Assembly: GCF_049281135.1 (NCBI RefSeq)
Contig: NZ_JBAPRN010000188.1
Coordinates: 1-52,581, forward strand
DNA from: Mycobacterium sp.
Lineage (GTDB): Bacteria > Actinomycetota > Actinomycetes > Mycobacteriales > Mycobacteriaceae
Direction: 5' to 3'
Length of the DNA: 52,581 nucleotides
The position numbers and the translations under genes were made by a program. The stretch's first letter is position 1. Each line of letters opens with the position of its first letter. Below, in pieces: positions 1-9,421 of this stretch. Under the pieces are notes generated by a model. The model ran no database searches, was not told where the DNA came from, and saw nothing but the letters and a program-made list of their open reading frames with translations.

Positions 1-71
1 GGTTCACGATCAGGGGAGGTGCTTCGGATGTTCTACTTTCGATCGTCGCAAAGAGCGAGAGCAAGCCATGA
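1..71 (+). CDS. 3' end of an acyl-CoA dehydrogenase (partial, truncated by window edge)
   Basis: Frame from nt 3 reads FTIRGGASDVLLSIVAKSESKP*, resembling the ACAD C-terminal TIxGGTSE motif; its TGA (69-71) overlaps the next ATG (ATGA). Confidence 0.7.
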   Translation, partial: FTIRGGASDVLLSIVAKSESKP

Positions 72-1069
72 GTGAATTTGCCCGCGAATTGACCGACCTC
101 ATCCGGAATCTCGCTGAAGACGCCGGGAAGAAACTCGACGACTACACCGATTCGGTGTGGGCTCAGGTCCGCGAGCTAGGCCTCGCCGGAATTGGCATGT
201 CCGAGGAACAAGGTGGTTCGGGCGGGAGCCTGGTCGATCTGATGGTCGTTATTCAGGAATTGGCGCGTGCGGGGGTGAGCACCCCGATCGTCGAGGCATC
301 CACGGCCGCATACGCCATTGGCGCCACGCCGCGTGAGGGTTTCGAAACGATCGTCGTGATGCCTGATTGGGATGTCCTATCGAACGCCGTCACCGCTAGC
401 TTCGCGGGAGTGCCATTCGCGGACACGGCCAGCGGGCTCGTCATTGTCACCGCCTCCTCGGTCGTGACGGTCCCGCTGGCGGGGGAGACGGTCACCGTGG
501 AGCCAGGCCACGACATCGCGGGCTTGCCCTATGGATGTGTGCGCCTCGACGACGCATCTGTCGCGCACATACCGCTGGGATCCGCCCCCCACGTGATCGA
601 CCGTCTGGCTCTTGCAAGGTCGGCTGCGTTGCTCGGCAGTGCCTGGGGTGCATACGAACTCACCCGGAGGTACGTGACGGAGCGCGAGCAATTCGGTGCG
701 CCCTTGATCAAGATTCCCGCGGTGTCGACGGCTCTGGCGCAGATGGCGGTGCAGATCAGGTCCGCCCAGTCGGCACTGGGCCGAGCGACCACGGCGTGCG
801 CGGACGTCCAGACACCCGCGCTGCGCCGATTCGGCGCCGTGTCGGCGGCACGCATCAGCACGGCCACTACGGCGAGCCTGGTGGCACGCACCTCCCACCA
901 ACTGCACGGCGCCGTCGGCATCACGGCCGAGTATGGCCTGCACCGCTACACCAGCACATTGTGGGCCTTGAGAGACGCCGACGAATCTCAATCGGCCTAT
1001 TGCCGGCGGCTCGGGGCCCGGACCCGCTCGGAAGGCGAAATTCAACTGTGGGAGAACATCTCGGCTTAG
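68..1069 (+). CDS. Acyl-CoA dehydrogenase family protein, short FadE27/FadE28-like subunit
   Basis: REQFGAPLIK and HQLHGAVGITAEY motifs; only 333 aa; translationally coupled to the upstream ACAD. Confidence 0.85.
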   Translation: MSEFARELTDLIRNLAEDAGKKLDDYTDSVWAQVRELGLAGIGMSEEQGGSGGSLVDLMVVIQELARAGVSTPIVEASTAAYAIGATPREGFETIVVMPDWDVLSNAVTASFAGVPFADTASGLVIVTASSVVTVPLAGETVTVEPGHDIAGLPYGCVRLDDASVAHIPLGSAPHVIDRLALARSAALLGSAWGAYELTRRYVTEREQFGAPLIKIPAVSTALAQMAVQIRSAQSALGRATTACADVQTPALRRFGAVSAARISTATTASLVARTSHQLHGAVGITAEYGLHRYTSTLWALRDADESQSAYCRRLGARTRSEGEIQLWENISA

Positions 1070-1106
1070 CCGCCGGCAACACTGGCAAAAACTCAGGAGG
1101 CAGACA

Positions 1107-1871
1107 GTGACTGACACCGTCATCGTCGACACAGCGGACCGAATCATGGTGATCACGATCAACCGCCCAGAAGTCAAGAACGCGGTCGACATCTCGGTCG
1201 CCACCCGTATTGCCGCGGCGATCGACGACCTGGAGGCCCGCGACGACCTCACCGCTGCGATCCTGACGGGTGCTGGCGGAACATTCTGTGCCGGTATGGA
1301 TCTCAAGGCCTTCCTGCGGGGCGAGTCACCGTCTATCCCGGGCCGCGGCTTTGCCGGGCTTACCGAAAGTCCCCCGACAAAGCCGTTGATCGCGGCGGTG
1401 GAGGGCTGGGCGCTCGCCGGTGGCTGCGAACTGGTCTTGAGCGCGGACATCGTGGTGGCGAGCACGGAGGCCAAATTCGGTTTGCCCGAAGTCAAACGAG
1501 GGCTGGTTGCCGCCGCCGGCGGGCTGCTGAGGCTTCCGAAAGCCCTGCCGTACTCGCTGGCGATGTTAACCGCGTTGACGGGCGAACCGATCACTGCCCA
1601 AGATGCCGAGCGTCACGGACTTGTCTCGGTGCTCGCTGAACCGGGCCAGGCATTGGCAACGGCGCGTGAGGTCGCGACCAAGATCGCCGCGAACGGACCG
1701 CTTGCCGTCAAGGCCACGAAGGAGATTCTCTCCCATCAGAGCAACTGGACCGACCTCCCGGCGTTTGAATGGCAGCGTGAGATCACGGCTCGGGTAAGGG
1801 AATCGGCCGACGCCAAGGAAGGCGCGTCCGCGTTTGCAGAGAAACGCCCACCACGTTGGCAGGCCAGGTAG
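1107..1871 (+). CDS. Enoyl-CoA hydratase (crotonase family)
   Basis: FCAGMDLK oxyanion motif; GGCELVL and FGLPEVKRG carry both catalytic Glu; AGGAGG RBS upstream of GTG. Confidence 0.93.
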   Translation: MTDTVIVDTADRIMVITINRPEVKNAVDISVATRIAAAIDDLEARDDLTAAILTGAGGTFCAGMDLKAFLRGESPSIPGRGFAGLTESPPTKPLIAAVEGWALAGGCELVLSADIVVASTEAKFGLPEVKRGLVAAAGGLLRLPKALPYSLAMLTALTGEPITAQDAERHGLVSVLAEPGQALATAREVATKIAANGPLAVKATKEILSHQSNWTDLPAFEWQREITARVRESADAKEGASAFAEKRPPRWQAR

Positions 1872-1929
1872 GCAGCCGAAAGACATCCCGCAGCGAGAGT
1901 GATGTGCCGGCTGTGGTGGCGACCGGATC

Positions 1930-2178
1930 CTAGCCGCCCCTATGGACGGCACCGGGCTGATCGGCGGCGCTCTGCCCGTCCCCCCCAACTGTCAGTCCGC
2001 TGGGATCCTGTGTGAGATCAATATCGTGGTCGAGGTCAGGCGCAATCGGGATCATGTGGCAGATGAATATGGGAAGAGTGCCACATGGGTCGGGGTCGGC
2101 GCCGGCGGGAATTGCCAGAGAAAGAACGGTCGTCACGGCGCCCAACGCGACGATCGCGGCCTTTTTCAAGACGGACAT
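1930..2178 (-). CDS. Small secreted protein with a Cys pair
   Basis: Signal peptide (KK, hydrophobic stretch, AGA|DP); C-x6-C in mature part; GGGAGGGAG RBS 7 nt upstream of ATG. Confidence 0.7.
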   Translation of the reverse strand: MSVLKKAAIVALGAVTTVLSLAIPAGADPDPCGTLPIFICHMIPIAPDLDHDIDLTQDPSGLTVGGDGQSAADQPGAVHRGG

Positions 2179-2195
2179 CAAGACACTCCCTCCCC

Positions 2196-2233
2196 TGCCG
2201 CTAGCGCCCTAGTCTTGCCGTTAGCGCCCTAGT
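2196..2233. repeat. Tandem 18-bp direct repeat with 20-bp period
   Basis: TGCCGCTAGCGCCCTAGT (2196-2213) and TGCCGTTAGCGCCCTAGT (2216-2233), one mismatch. Confidence 0.8.
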
Positions 2234-2306
2234 GGCCGTACCTGTGAGACCCCGCTAGCTTATTGAGACGCACAATGTCACACAAGCCCGATGTAGACCT
2301 TGACCT

Positions 2307-3059
2307 CTAGGTGGAGCTGGTTTCGCGACTCAGCAGCACTTGGCCGTCGGTCGCCCCGGCAGCAAGTGTTTCCTCGGCTTCGGAGTTGATGGCCTTGAGA
2401 ACCCATATCGAGTTGACGATGAATGTGGCGCCGAACACCACGGCCGGTATCCAGAAGACGAACAACCCATTCCAGGCGAACGGACCGGATTTGAAGAACG
2501 GCAAAACGATTGCCGGCGTGAACATCAACTCGGCCCAGATGTTGAAATACGCCAGCCAGCGCGGAAACAACGGCTGGGGCCTCGGGTCGGAGAGAATCGC
2601 AAAGGCGAACGAAAAGTACTGTGCCATGAAGGGCGCCCAGGGCATTACCAAAATGATCCAGCTCATGTCGTTGAGGAGCAGGGTCGAATCGGGTGAACGG
2701 TCGGGACGGAACGCCGTGACGACGAACAGCAGCGCCGGCACCAAAAACGTCAGACACCCGAACGCCCCACCGGCCAGCACCGCGTTGACGACGGTGGGAT
2801 GCACGCCGGGGATGCGCCGCGTCTGCCCCGCGATGACCGCGGTGAACCACACGTAGAACGTTGAGCTGAGAAAGATCAGCCCGGCGCCGAACCGGATTCC
2901 GCTGGTGTGAGCCTGGTAATGCGCCGCGACTTGTGCCGCTGACATGGACGGGGACAGCGGCGGCAGAAAGCCGGCGGCGACAAAACCGCCGAAGAACAGC
3001 AGCACGCAGACGATGCCGCTGTATGCGCAAAATCGCTGGAAAGTCGCTTGCGCGTTCAT
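2307..3059 (-). CDS. Uncharacterised multi-pass membrane protein (family A, copy 1 of 5)
   Basis: About 6-7 hydrophobic segments; motifs GFLPP, AFRPDRSP, PLFPRW, GPFAWNG; ATG 1 nt after the kinase stop. Confidence 0.85.
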   Translation of the reverse strand: MNAQATFQRFCAYSGIVCVLLFFGGFVAAGFLPPLSPSMSAAQVAAHYQAHTSGIRFGAGLIFLSSTFYVWFTAVIAGQTRRIPGVHPTVVNAVLAGGAFGCLTFLVPALLFVVTAFRPDRSPDSTLLLNDMSWIILVMPWAPFMAQYFSFAFAILSDPRPQPLFPRWLAYFNIWAELMFTPAIVLPFFKSGPFAWNGLFVFWIPAVVFGATFIVNSIWVLKAINSEAEETLAAGATDGQVLLSRETSST

Positions 3060-3060
3060 G

Positions 3061-4179
3061 TTACTGGCCTCGATTCCCGATAAAGCTGGTCGCGATTCCG
3101 GTGGGTGCCGGCAGGTCAAGGAGCTTCGCGACGAGTTGGCTTGCCGGATTGCTTTGCGCCATCGGGGAGTCCGCCGGCATCATTCCGGCGGCGATCATCA
3201 TGTGCGCGGCGCGGACCATCAGGATCGCCAGCCGGGTGCCGGCCAGGATCTCGTAGTAGTCGAGGTTGCGCAGTTTGTGGCCCGTCGCCCGTTCGTAATA
3301 GTCGATGGTTTCGCCGTGGTCGGGGATACCCGCCGGCAAGGGAAGGCCGACCCCCTCGGTGTGGTGTCGCATCAGGAACAGCCACCAGCCGAGGTCTTGT
3401 TCGCGGCTGGCCAGCACCACCATCTCCCAGTCGAGCACACCCGCCGGGGCAAGGTCGTCGGAGAAGATGATGTTGCCCACCCGTGCATCGCCCCAATTGA
3501 GGACATTGGGTTCATCTTGCTCTGGACGGTGCTCGTCCAACCAGCGCAGCGCCGCCTCGATCGTCGGGTTCGGCTCGCCCTCGGCCGCCCACTCGAAGGT
3601 GCGTCGCCATTTGGCCAGACCCGCGTCGAGACCGCTGTGGTTCTCGGGTGTATCGAGGAACTCCAGTCCCAGTGCGCGCCAGTCGACGCTGTGGATCTGC
3701 GCGAGTACGTCAATGGTGTTGTGCCACATTCGGCGTCGCTCATCCGGCGTCAGGTCCAGCACCCACCCGGCCGCGGTGAACGGCGGATCGTCGGCAGGAA
3801 TTCGACCGTCGATCCGCTGCATTGCCAGAAATGGCGCACCGAGGACGGATCGGTCCTCTTCGAAGAAGTACACCGGGGGCACCGGGACCGGCGAGTGCTC
3901 ACCGAGCGCCCTGATGACGTTGGCTTCCTTAGCCAGGTCGTAGTCGGGAAACACACCGGGGCTGTCGGGTTGCACGCGGGCAGCCATGCCCTGGGTCTGC
4001 TCACCGTCAGCATCACGCCAGTTCGCCGTAAAGAGAACTGTTTCATTGGAGAGCCCACCCGCGCCGGGCACTTGCACGTCAGTCACGGTTATGCCCTGCG
4101 CGTCAGGCCATTTCGACGCCAACCAATTTGCGAGCCGCTTGGCGGCCAGCTCTGTGTCGATAGTGTTCTTCAAGGCCAT
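3061..4179 (-). CDS. APH-fold phosphotransferase (ACAD10/11 N-terminal / LvaA-like)
   Basis: GGLSNET glycine loop, VPVPPV, WGDARVGNIIF catalytic loop, VLDWE metal-binding motif; AAGGAG RBS. Confidence 0.88.
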   Translation of the reverse strand: MALKNTIDTELAAKRLANWLASKWPDAQGITVTDVQVPGAGGLSNETVLFTANWRDADGEQTQGMAARVQPDSPGVFPDYDLAKEANVIRALGEHSPVPVPPVYFFEEDRSVLGAPFLAMQRIDGRIPADDPPFTAAGWVLDLTPDERRRMWHNTIDVLAQIHSVDWRALGLEFLDTPENHSGLDAGLAKWRRTFEWAAEGEPNPTIEAALRWLDEHRPEQDEPNVLNWGDARVGNIIFSDDLAPAGVLDWEMVVLASREQDLGWWLFLMRHHTEGVGLPLPAGIPDHGETIDYYERATGHKLRNLDYYEILAGTRLAILMVRAAHMMIAAGMMPADSPMAQSNPASQLVAKLLDLPAPTGIATSFIGNRGQ

Positions 4180-4228
4180 CGTTTGCTCCTTTTGCACCAA
4201 TATGCCAACGAGACAAGGCTTTCGACTC

Positions 4229-5275
4229 TTATAAGTGCGAAGATGCCAACGTCCGGCGTTTCATCATCTGCTGGTATTCGTCGAACCACAGCTCTTGATA
4301 CGTCGCGTAAGTGGTTCGACCCTGTTCGTCGGTCCAGCGGTACACGCTGTCGTGAAACGAGGTGTTGGGCCACGCCGGCAGCGACGCGCAGGCGATTGCC
4401 TCACCCTGGAACCGGTAAAGCTCCCCGTTTTCGTCCTCAGCGGTGATCTCCTGGCGGATCGGCAGATGAATGCGCGGGTGGTACTCGAGGACGTTGCGGC
4501 GCACCCACTTGATCGACCGGGTCTCGTCGCCGCGCTGAATCCAGGCGAAATGATGTGATGGACGGTCCCCGACGTTGTACAGCCCGGCCCAGGCTGGGTT
4601 GGTGTCCAGCGGCTCGAAACTGATTTGGTTGAAGATGAGATCGGGGCCGAAATACATCGGTGACCAGCCGACCGGCGGAACCGGGACCGCGCCGCGGCGT
4701 TCCACCCGGATCTGGCGCCAGGAGCGGTCCCGCGGGGCATAGCAGTCGACCGGATACGTCGTGCCGTCCAGCAGCAACTCGCCGGTCATGCGCATGAACT
4801 GCTCGGTGCCGCCCGGTTCGCGGGCCACATCGTGGTGGTCTTCCTCGCCCGGCATGACATGCCCGCGGGCCAGTAGCGGGGTCACACCCTCGGCGAGGAC
4901 GTCGATGGCGGTGTTCCCGTCACTGCTGCGGTAGGTGATGCGCGCGGTCTGGCCGGGCTCGAGGAACTCGATCTTCAGGCCGTTGTCGGTGGTGATCGTG
5001 CTGCCCTCGACCCGCGGCCAGGGCATCGTGATCTCGTAATCGAGGAACGCCATGTCGGTGTACTCGACATTGTCGGTGCCCTGGAAGATGCACACACCGC
5101 CCTGCGACAGCGGGAACGCCGGCTGGTAGCGCACGTACAGGAAGGCGCCGATCGCCGCTTCGGGAACGGAGAAGCCGAAGTAGTGGGTGTGGATCAGGTG
5201 CGGATCCCACTGCTCCCCGGCCGCAGGCAGCGGCAGTAACAGATCGGTGTCACCGGAATGCGTTGCTATTGCCAT
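4229..5275 (-). CDS. Uncharacterised soluble protein (family B, copy 1 of 2), beta-rich
   Basis: HTHYFGF, YQP.FPLSQG, GGTEQFM and RDRSWRQ motifs shared with 23005-24045; in an operon. Confidence 0.8.
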   Translation of the reverse strand: MAIATHSGDTDLLLPLPAAGEQWDPHLIHTHYFGFSVPEAAIGAFLYVRYQPAFPLSQGGVCIFQGTDNVEYTDMAFLDYEITMPWPRVEGSTITTDNGLKIEFLEPGQTARITYRSSDGNTAIDVLAEGVTPLLARGHVMPGEEDHHDVAREPGGTEQFMRMTGELLLDGTTYPVDCYAPRDRSWRQIRVERRGAVPVPPVGWSPMYFGPDLIFNQISFEPLDTNPAWAGLYNVGDRPSHHFAWIQRGDETRSIKWVRRNVLEYHPRIHLPIRQEITAEDENGELYRFQGEAIACASLPAWPNTSFHDSVYRWTDEQGRTTYATYQELWFDEYQQMMKRRTLASSHL

Positions 5276-5283
5276 GCCCGCTC

Positions 5284-6156
5284 CTAAGCGGTGACCGGGT
5301 CAAGAACCGCGGACTGCGAGGGTGGCGCTGCGATCGCTTTCAGCTTCTGCCACAACGTCTCCGACTCCGGGTGGGCCACCTCGCCGCGACCGACAACGGA
5401 CAGCCCGATGATCCACACCGAGAACAGCGCCAGGCCGAGGGTGACGAAGGATGCCAGGTAAGTCCAGACGTAGGACACATTCGCTTGGTTGAGTGACGCC
5501 CACATCGGCCAGGCGGTGGCGCCGTTGGCGATGCCGTCGGCCATTGGGACGCACGCGATCACCGCGGGCAGCTTCCACGCGGTGTTGAGATGCGGGCGGA
5601 TGTGGAAGATCAACGCGCCGGCCACCATTGGCATCACCGGGTTGACGAATCCCCACCACAGCGGAAATCCCCAGAAATTGAACGGTTGATGGCCGTAATA
5701 CAGATAGGTGCCCGCCAGGATGCCTGGGCTTTCCAGCACCACGTCGACCAGGAAGTCGCACGCCCACAACAGGAACATATCCCGCATCGTGACGCCGCGT
5801 TTGAACAGCTTGTAGGCGAAGTAGCCCAGCCCGCCGACATACCAGGGGTAGACGAAACAGATATAGAGCGGCATCGTGCGATCCAGGATCGTGAACGTGC
5901 CCAGCGCACCCCGCTCCTTCAAAAACACCAAACCGAGCACGTCGACGATCGGCTCGAAGGAGGCCGCCAACGCCCCGCCAAGGATGCAGTACAGCAGCAG
6001 CGGTCCCTGTCCCTTGAGCAGCTTGCGCAGTGCCAGCGCCAACGCGATGCCCAGTGGAATGAAGATGAAGACGTTGAAGATCGTCTCCGCCGTTTTGGGC
6101 ATCACCGCGTCGACCGGCGGCTGTGGAATCGTCGCCGCCAAGACCATCGTTACCAT
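5284..6156 (-). CDS. Multi-pass membrane protein (family C, CruF/AveC-like; copy 1 of 3)
   Basis: EPIVDVLGL and DVVLESPGILAGTYLYYG..PF.FWGFPLWW motifs shared with the 18162 and 18974 genes; GGGAGGG RBS. Confidence 0.8.
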   Translation of the reverse strand: MVTMVLAATIPQPPVDAVMPKTAETIFNVFIFIPLGIALALALRKLLKGQGPLLLYCILGGALAASFEPIVDVLGLVFLKERGALGTFTILDRTMPLYICFVYPWYVGGLGYFAYKLFKRGVTMRDMFLLWACDFLVDVVLESPGILAGTYLYYGHQPFNFWGFPLWWGFVNPVMPMVAGALIFHIRPHLNTAWKLPAVIACVPMADGIANGATAWPMWASLNQANVSYVWTYLASFVTLGLALFSVWIIGLSVVGRGEVAHPESETLWQKLKAIAAPPSQSAVLDPVTA

Positions 6157-6213
6157 TGCCGCGCCCTCCCTATTTGTGAGCCAGTTCACGTCGGCATGGC
6201 CAAACTAGCATCG

Positions 6214-6249
6214 GATGAATATAGTTTCAAGAGTGAAAATCTATTCATC
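6214..6249. promoter_or_regulatory. Bipartite TetR operator TGA-N8-TCA-N4-TGA-N8-TCA
   Basis: GA TGAATATAGTTTCA AGAG TGAAAATCTATTCA TC; arms 14/16 inverted; lies between divergent genes. Confidence 0.7.
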
Positions 6250-6265
6250 GGGGAAGAATCCGGGT

Positions 6266-6913
6266 GTGACGTCCGAAACCGATGGCAAGGCGACGCGCAC
6301 CGAACGTCAGCGGCTGCGCACCCGGCGGTTGCTGCTGGACGCCGGCCGAACGCTGATCGCCGCCAAAGGGGTGGCCGGCCTGCGCATCCAGGACATCACC
6401 GAAGAGGCCGACGTGGCGCTGGGCTCCTTTTACAACTATTTCCAGTCCAAGGAGGAGCTCCTGGAGGCGGTGATCACCGAAAGTCTTGCCGACTTGACGT
6501 CCGCGATCATCGCCAATGTCGACGACGACACCGACCCTGCCGAGGTCGTGGCCCTGGCCAACCTTCAAGTCATTCGGCTCGCTTACGACGAACCCGACTT
6601 CGCCCGCCTGATCGTCAACATCGGCCACTCCGAAGCGCTGTTCGGCGACGCCGTCCACCCGTATGCGCGCATCGCCGTGGAACGCGGAATCCAAAGTGGG
6701 CGCTTCGTTGTCGGCGATATCGAGGTCCTGCTGACGGCGGTGATCGGCGGCGCGTTCGCGCTGATCCGAGAAATCCTTGACGGTCGTCACGGCGGGGGTG
6801 CCCACCACGCTTTCGCCCGCCACGTGCTCGCATCACTCGGGCTTCCGCCGGACGAGGCTGAAGCGATCGTTCGCGCGGCAGTCGGTCGAGAGCGAGGAGG
6901 ACGAACCAACTAG
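6266..6913 (+). CDS. TetR/AcrR family regulator
   Basis: HTH: LRIQDITEEADVALGSFYNYFQSKEEL; divergent from the 6156 operon. Confidence 0.93.
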   Translation: MTSETDGKATRTERQRLRTRRLLLDAGRTLIAAKGVAGLRIQDITEEADVALGSFYNYFQSKEELLEAVITESLADLTSAIIANVDDDTDPAEVVALANLQVIRLAYDEPDFARLIVNIGHSEALFGDAVHPYARIAVERGIQSGRFVVGDIEVLLTAVIGGAFALIREILDGRHGGGAHHAFARHVLASLGLPPDEAEAIVRAAVGRERGGRTN

Positions 6914-6940
6914 GCCGTCGTCAATCGCGCCTCGCTGCTG

Positions 6941-8539
6941 TCAGCGCTTCTTCTGGTCGCGAATGGCGGTCTGGGCGGCGAGCTTGCCCGGCAATGCGCA
7001 CACACCGCCGACGGGGTGGGTGCCTGCGCCACTGAGGTACAGGCCCTCGACCGGTGTCCGATAGCCGGCCAGCCCGGCTGCCGGCTTGAGTGGCCCGAAC
7101 CGTGAGATCAGCGGGTCGACGTGGTAGACGTTGCCCGCAGGGGCGTTGAACCTGGTTTCGAGATCAGGTCCGCCGAGTACGGCCCTATCGATCTCGAGTC
7201 GGTCGAGTCCTTCGTAATACTGGGCGGAGTCACGTAATACGGCGTCGCCGACCTTGTCACGCACGTCGTCCCATGGCTCTTCCGGTGTCACCGGGATGAC
7301 ACCCGACCACAGCCACAGGTTGTCGCGGCCCTCGGGGGCTTGGGTGGGATCGACCGCGGTGGGGATGATGGCGCAGCTCACCGGAACCGGGTCGGGCCAC
7401 TGTCCGCGCACCACGGCATTCCATGCGGTGTCCTGTTCTTCCAGGGTGTGCCAGGCGATGAGGTACTTGCGCAGGTCCAGACCGTCGCCGCGCCAGTCCT
7501 CGTGCTTCTTCATCGTCACGCGGCCCTCGAGGGCGACGTTGATCTTGAGCGATGTGGCGTGCGTCTTGCGGATCGGAATGTCCTTGGCGCGCACCGATAA
7601 TTTGGTATCCAGCGTGCCAGCCGGCAGCAGCTCGTTGAGCGTCACGACGGGGTTACAGGTGGTCAGGACGCCATTGCGGGCAGTGACGAGTTGGCCGGAT
7701 TCGAGACGCACCCCCGTCACGCGGTCGTTGGATACCACGAGCTCCTGCACCCGGCTGTTGGTGTGCACCGTGCCGCCGAGCGCGCTGAGGCAGCGATGCA
7801 GTGCGGCGGGTAGCGCGCCGGTGCCGCCGACCGGCATCGCATTCGAAACCTTCTGTACGACACCGAGATAAATCATTGCCCAGGCGGTTGCATCCAAGCG
7901 CATTTGCGAAAACGCTGCCATGGCTGCCAGCGCGCCCTTGGGTAACTCGGTCTCGAAGGTCTCTTCGAGGAACTCGGTGTGCGACGCGGTCACCATATTC
8001 CGCAGGCTCCACGCACCCTTGAGATGACGCGCGGCGCCCAGCAGCGAGCTGGCCATCTCGCGGTTGAACGGTCGCAGCGGGTGCGATTTCATGTAGGCCA
8101 CCACCAGGTCCATGATCGGATCCAGCGCATTGGCCAGGTCCAGCCAGGCCCGAGCGTCCTTGGGTGAGAACCGTCGCAGCTCATCAGCGGTGCGACTGGC
8201 ATCCTTCCAGATCGCCAAGGAGCTTCCGTCCGGAGCCAACTGGATGTGTGCGGGATCCACCGAAATCTGCTGCAGCCCGTACTTGTGCAGTTCGAGGTCC
8301 TCGGCGACCCCAGAAAGCCGGAAGATTCCGGTCAGTTGGATCGCGCCCTCATTGAAGTAGTGGCCCGGCGCCTTCGACAGGATGGCGTTGGTGGAGGTCA
8401 TGCCGCCCACGGTGGGCGATGCCTCCAGGACGGCTACGCGGTGTCCGGCGCGGGCCAGATAACACGCGGCGGTCAGCCCGTTGTGCCCGGCCCCGATGAC
8501 CAGGTAGTCGGCTTCGGTGGGGAGAGTGGTTTCCGTCAT
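6941..8539 (-). CDS. FAD-dependent oxidoreductase, phytoene dehydrogenase superfamily, CrtO/PYROXD2-like
   Basis: IGAGHNGL Rossmann motif, LELHKYGL, and GNVYHVD...YRTPVEGLYLSGAGTHPVGGV C-terminus. Confidence 0.85.
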   Translation of the reverse strand: MTETTLPTEADYLVIGAGHNGLTAACYLARAGHRVAVLEASPTVGGMTSTNAILSKAPGHYFNEGAIQLTGIFRLSGVAEDLELHKYGLQQISVDPAHIQLAPDGSSLAIWKDASRTADELRRFSPKDARAWLDLANALDPIMDLVVAYMKSHPLRPFNREMASSLLGAARHLKGAWSLRNMVTASHTEFLEETFETELPKGALAAMAAFSQMRLDATAWAMIYLGVVQKVSNAMPVGGTGALPAALHRCLSALGGTVHTNSRVQELVVSNDRVTGVRLESGQLVTARNGVLTTCNPVVTLNELLPAGTLDTKLSVRAKDIPIRKTHATSLKINVALEGRVTMKKHEDWRGDGLDLRKYLIAWHTLEEQDTAWNAVVRGQWPDPVPVSCAIIPTAVDPTQAPEGRDNLWLWSGVIPVTPEEPWDDVRDKVGDAVLRDSAQYYEGLDRLEIDRAVLGGPDLETRFNAPAGNVYHVDPLISRFGPLKPAAGLAGYRTPVEGLYLSGAGTHPVGGVCALPGKLAAQTAIRDQKKR

Positions 8540-8560
8540 ATCTGCAATCTTCATCGAACT

Positions 8561-8592
8561 CGATTACAAAATCAAGATTGAGATGTCGATCG
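8561..8592. promoter_or_regulatory. Degenerate copy of the bipartite operator
   Basis: CGATTACAAAATCA AGAT TGAGATGTCGATCG between the divergent crtO-like and tetR genes. Confidence 0.5.
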
Positions 8593-8609
8593 AATGCGAT
8601 ACTGCTCTC

Positions 8610-9236
8610 GTGAGTGTGTCTCCTGCCCCGATGGGACGCCGCGATCGCCGTAAGGCCGAGGCCCGGCAACGGCTCCTGGCCGCAGCCCACCAGCTGATCG
8701 CCGAGAACGGCGTGTCAGACCTTCGAATTGGCGATGTCACCGACCTGGCCGACCTCGGCTTCGGCACCTTCTACACGTATTTCCCGTCAAAGGAGGCGCT
8801 CATCGAGGCGGTGGTGGCCGACGTGCTTGCCGGACTCGCGGCAAGGATCGGCGGGGACGCCCTCGAATTCACCGATCCCGCCGAGGCGGCCTCGGCGTCT
8901 TACCGGCGTTTCCTCCGCTTCAGCCGCGACGAACCCGAAGTGGCGCGGGTTCTCGTCGAACTCGATCGCGTCAACGCGATTTTCGAGGACGCCGTGACGC
9001 CCTGGGCCATGGAGACTCTGTCCCGTGGCCGGAAATCGGGTCGATTCGCCGTTGACGATCTACACCTGGCGCTTACGTCGGTCACGGGTGCCGCGCTGGC
9101 CGCCATTCGGGCGATTTTGGCCGGCCGCATCCCAGCGGGTCCAAAGACCGAGTCGCGAGGCGCGGAGATGATGCTGCGCGGCTTCGGCCTCGATGCGGCT
9201 TCCGCGAAAGAGATTGCCCGCCGCCGACTACCGTAG
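8610..9236 (+). CDS. TetR/AcrR family regulator (related to the 6266 TetR)
   Basis: LRIGDVTDLADLGFGTFYTYFPSKEAL; start uncertain (8610 GTG or 8631 ATG). Confidence 0.92.
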   Translation: MSVSPAPMGRRDRRKAEARQRLLAAAHQLIAENGVSDLRIGDVTDLADLGFGTFYTYFPSKEALIEAVVADVLAGLAARIGGDALEFTDPAEAASASYRRFLRFSRDEPEVARVLVELDRVNAIFEDAVTPWAMETLSRGRKSGRFAVDDLHLALTSVTGAALAAIRAILAGRIPAGPKTESRGAEMMLRGFGLDAASAKEIARRRLP

Positions 9237-9421
9237 CTGCACCCGGGCCGAGCCCGCGCCGCCATCGATGGTCCCCGATCCCCGGTGCGCCGTCTGCGGC
9301 TGCCATCCACAGTATGGATGACACAAGGGATTACGAGTTCATCGGCATCTTGTGCGGGTCTGACGTTCTTGACGATCGGCCTGCTCGTTACCGGTCATGG
9401 CCGGTACGATATGGGACCCAT

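Noticed and set aside
377..1594. 405-aa minus-strand ORF
   Set aside because: Antisense to the clear ACAD and enoyl-CoA hydratase genes
2196..2233. CRISPR array
   Set aside because: Only two repeats 2 nt apart, no spacers and no cas genes
3061..4179. Aminoglycoside resistance kinase
   Set aside because: Motifs and lipid-catabolic context fit ACAD10/11/LvaA-type metabolic kinases
2944..4446. 500-aa plus-strand ORF
   Set aside because: Antisense shadow of the kinase and family-B genes; no motifs; expected in high-GC DNA
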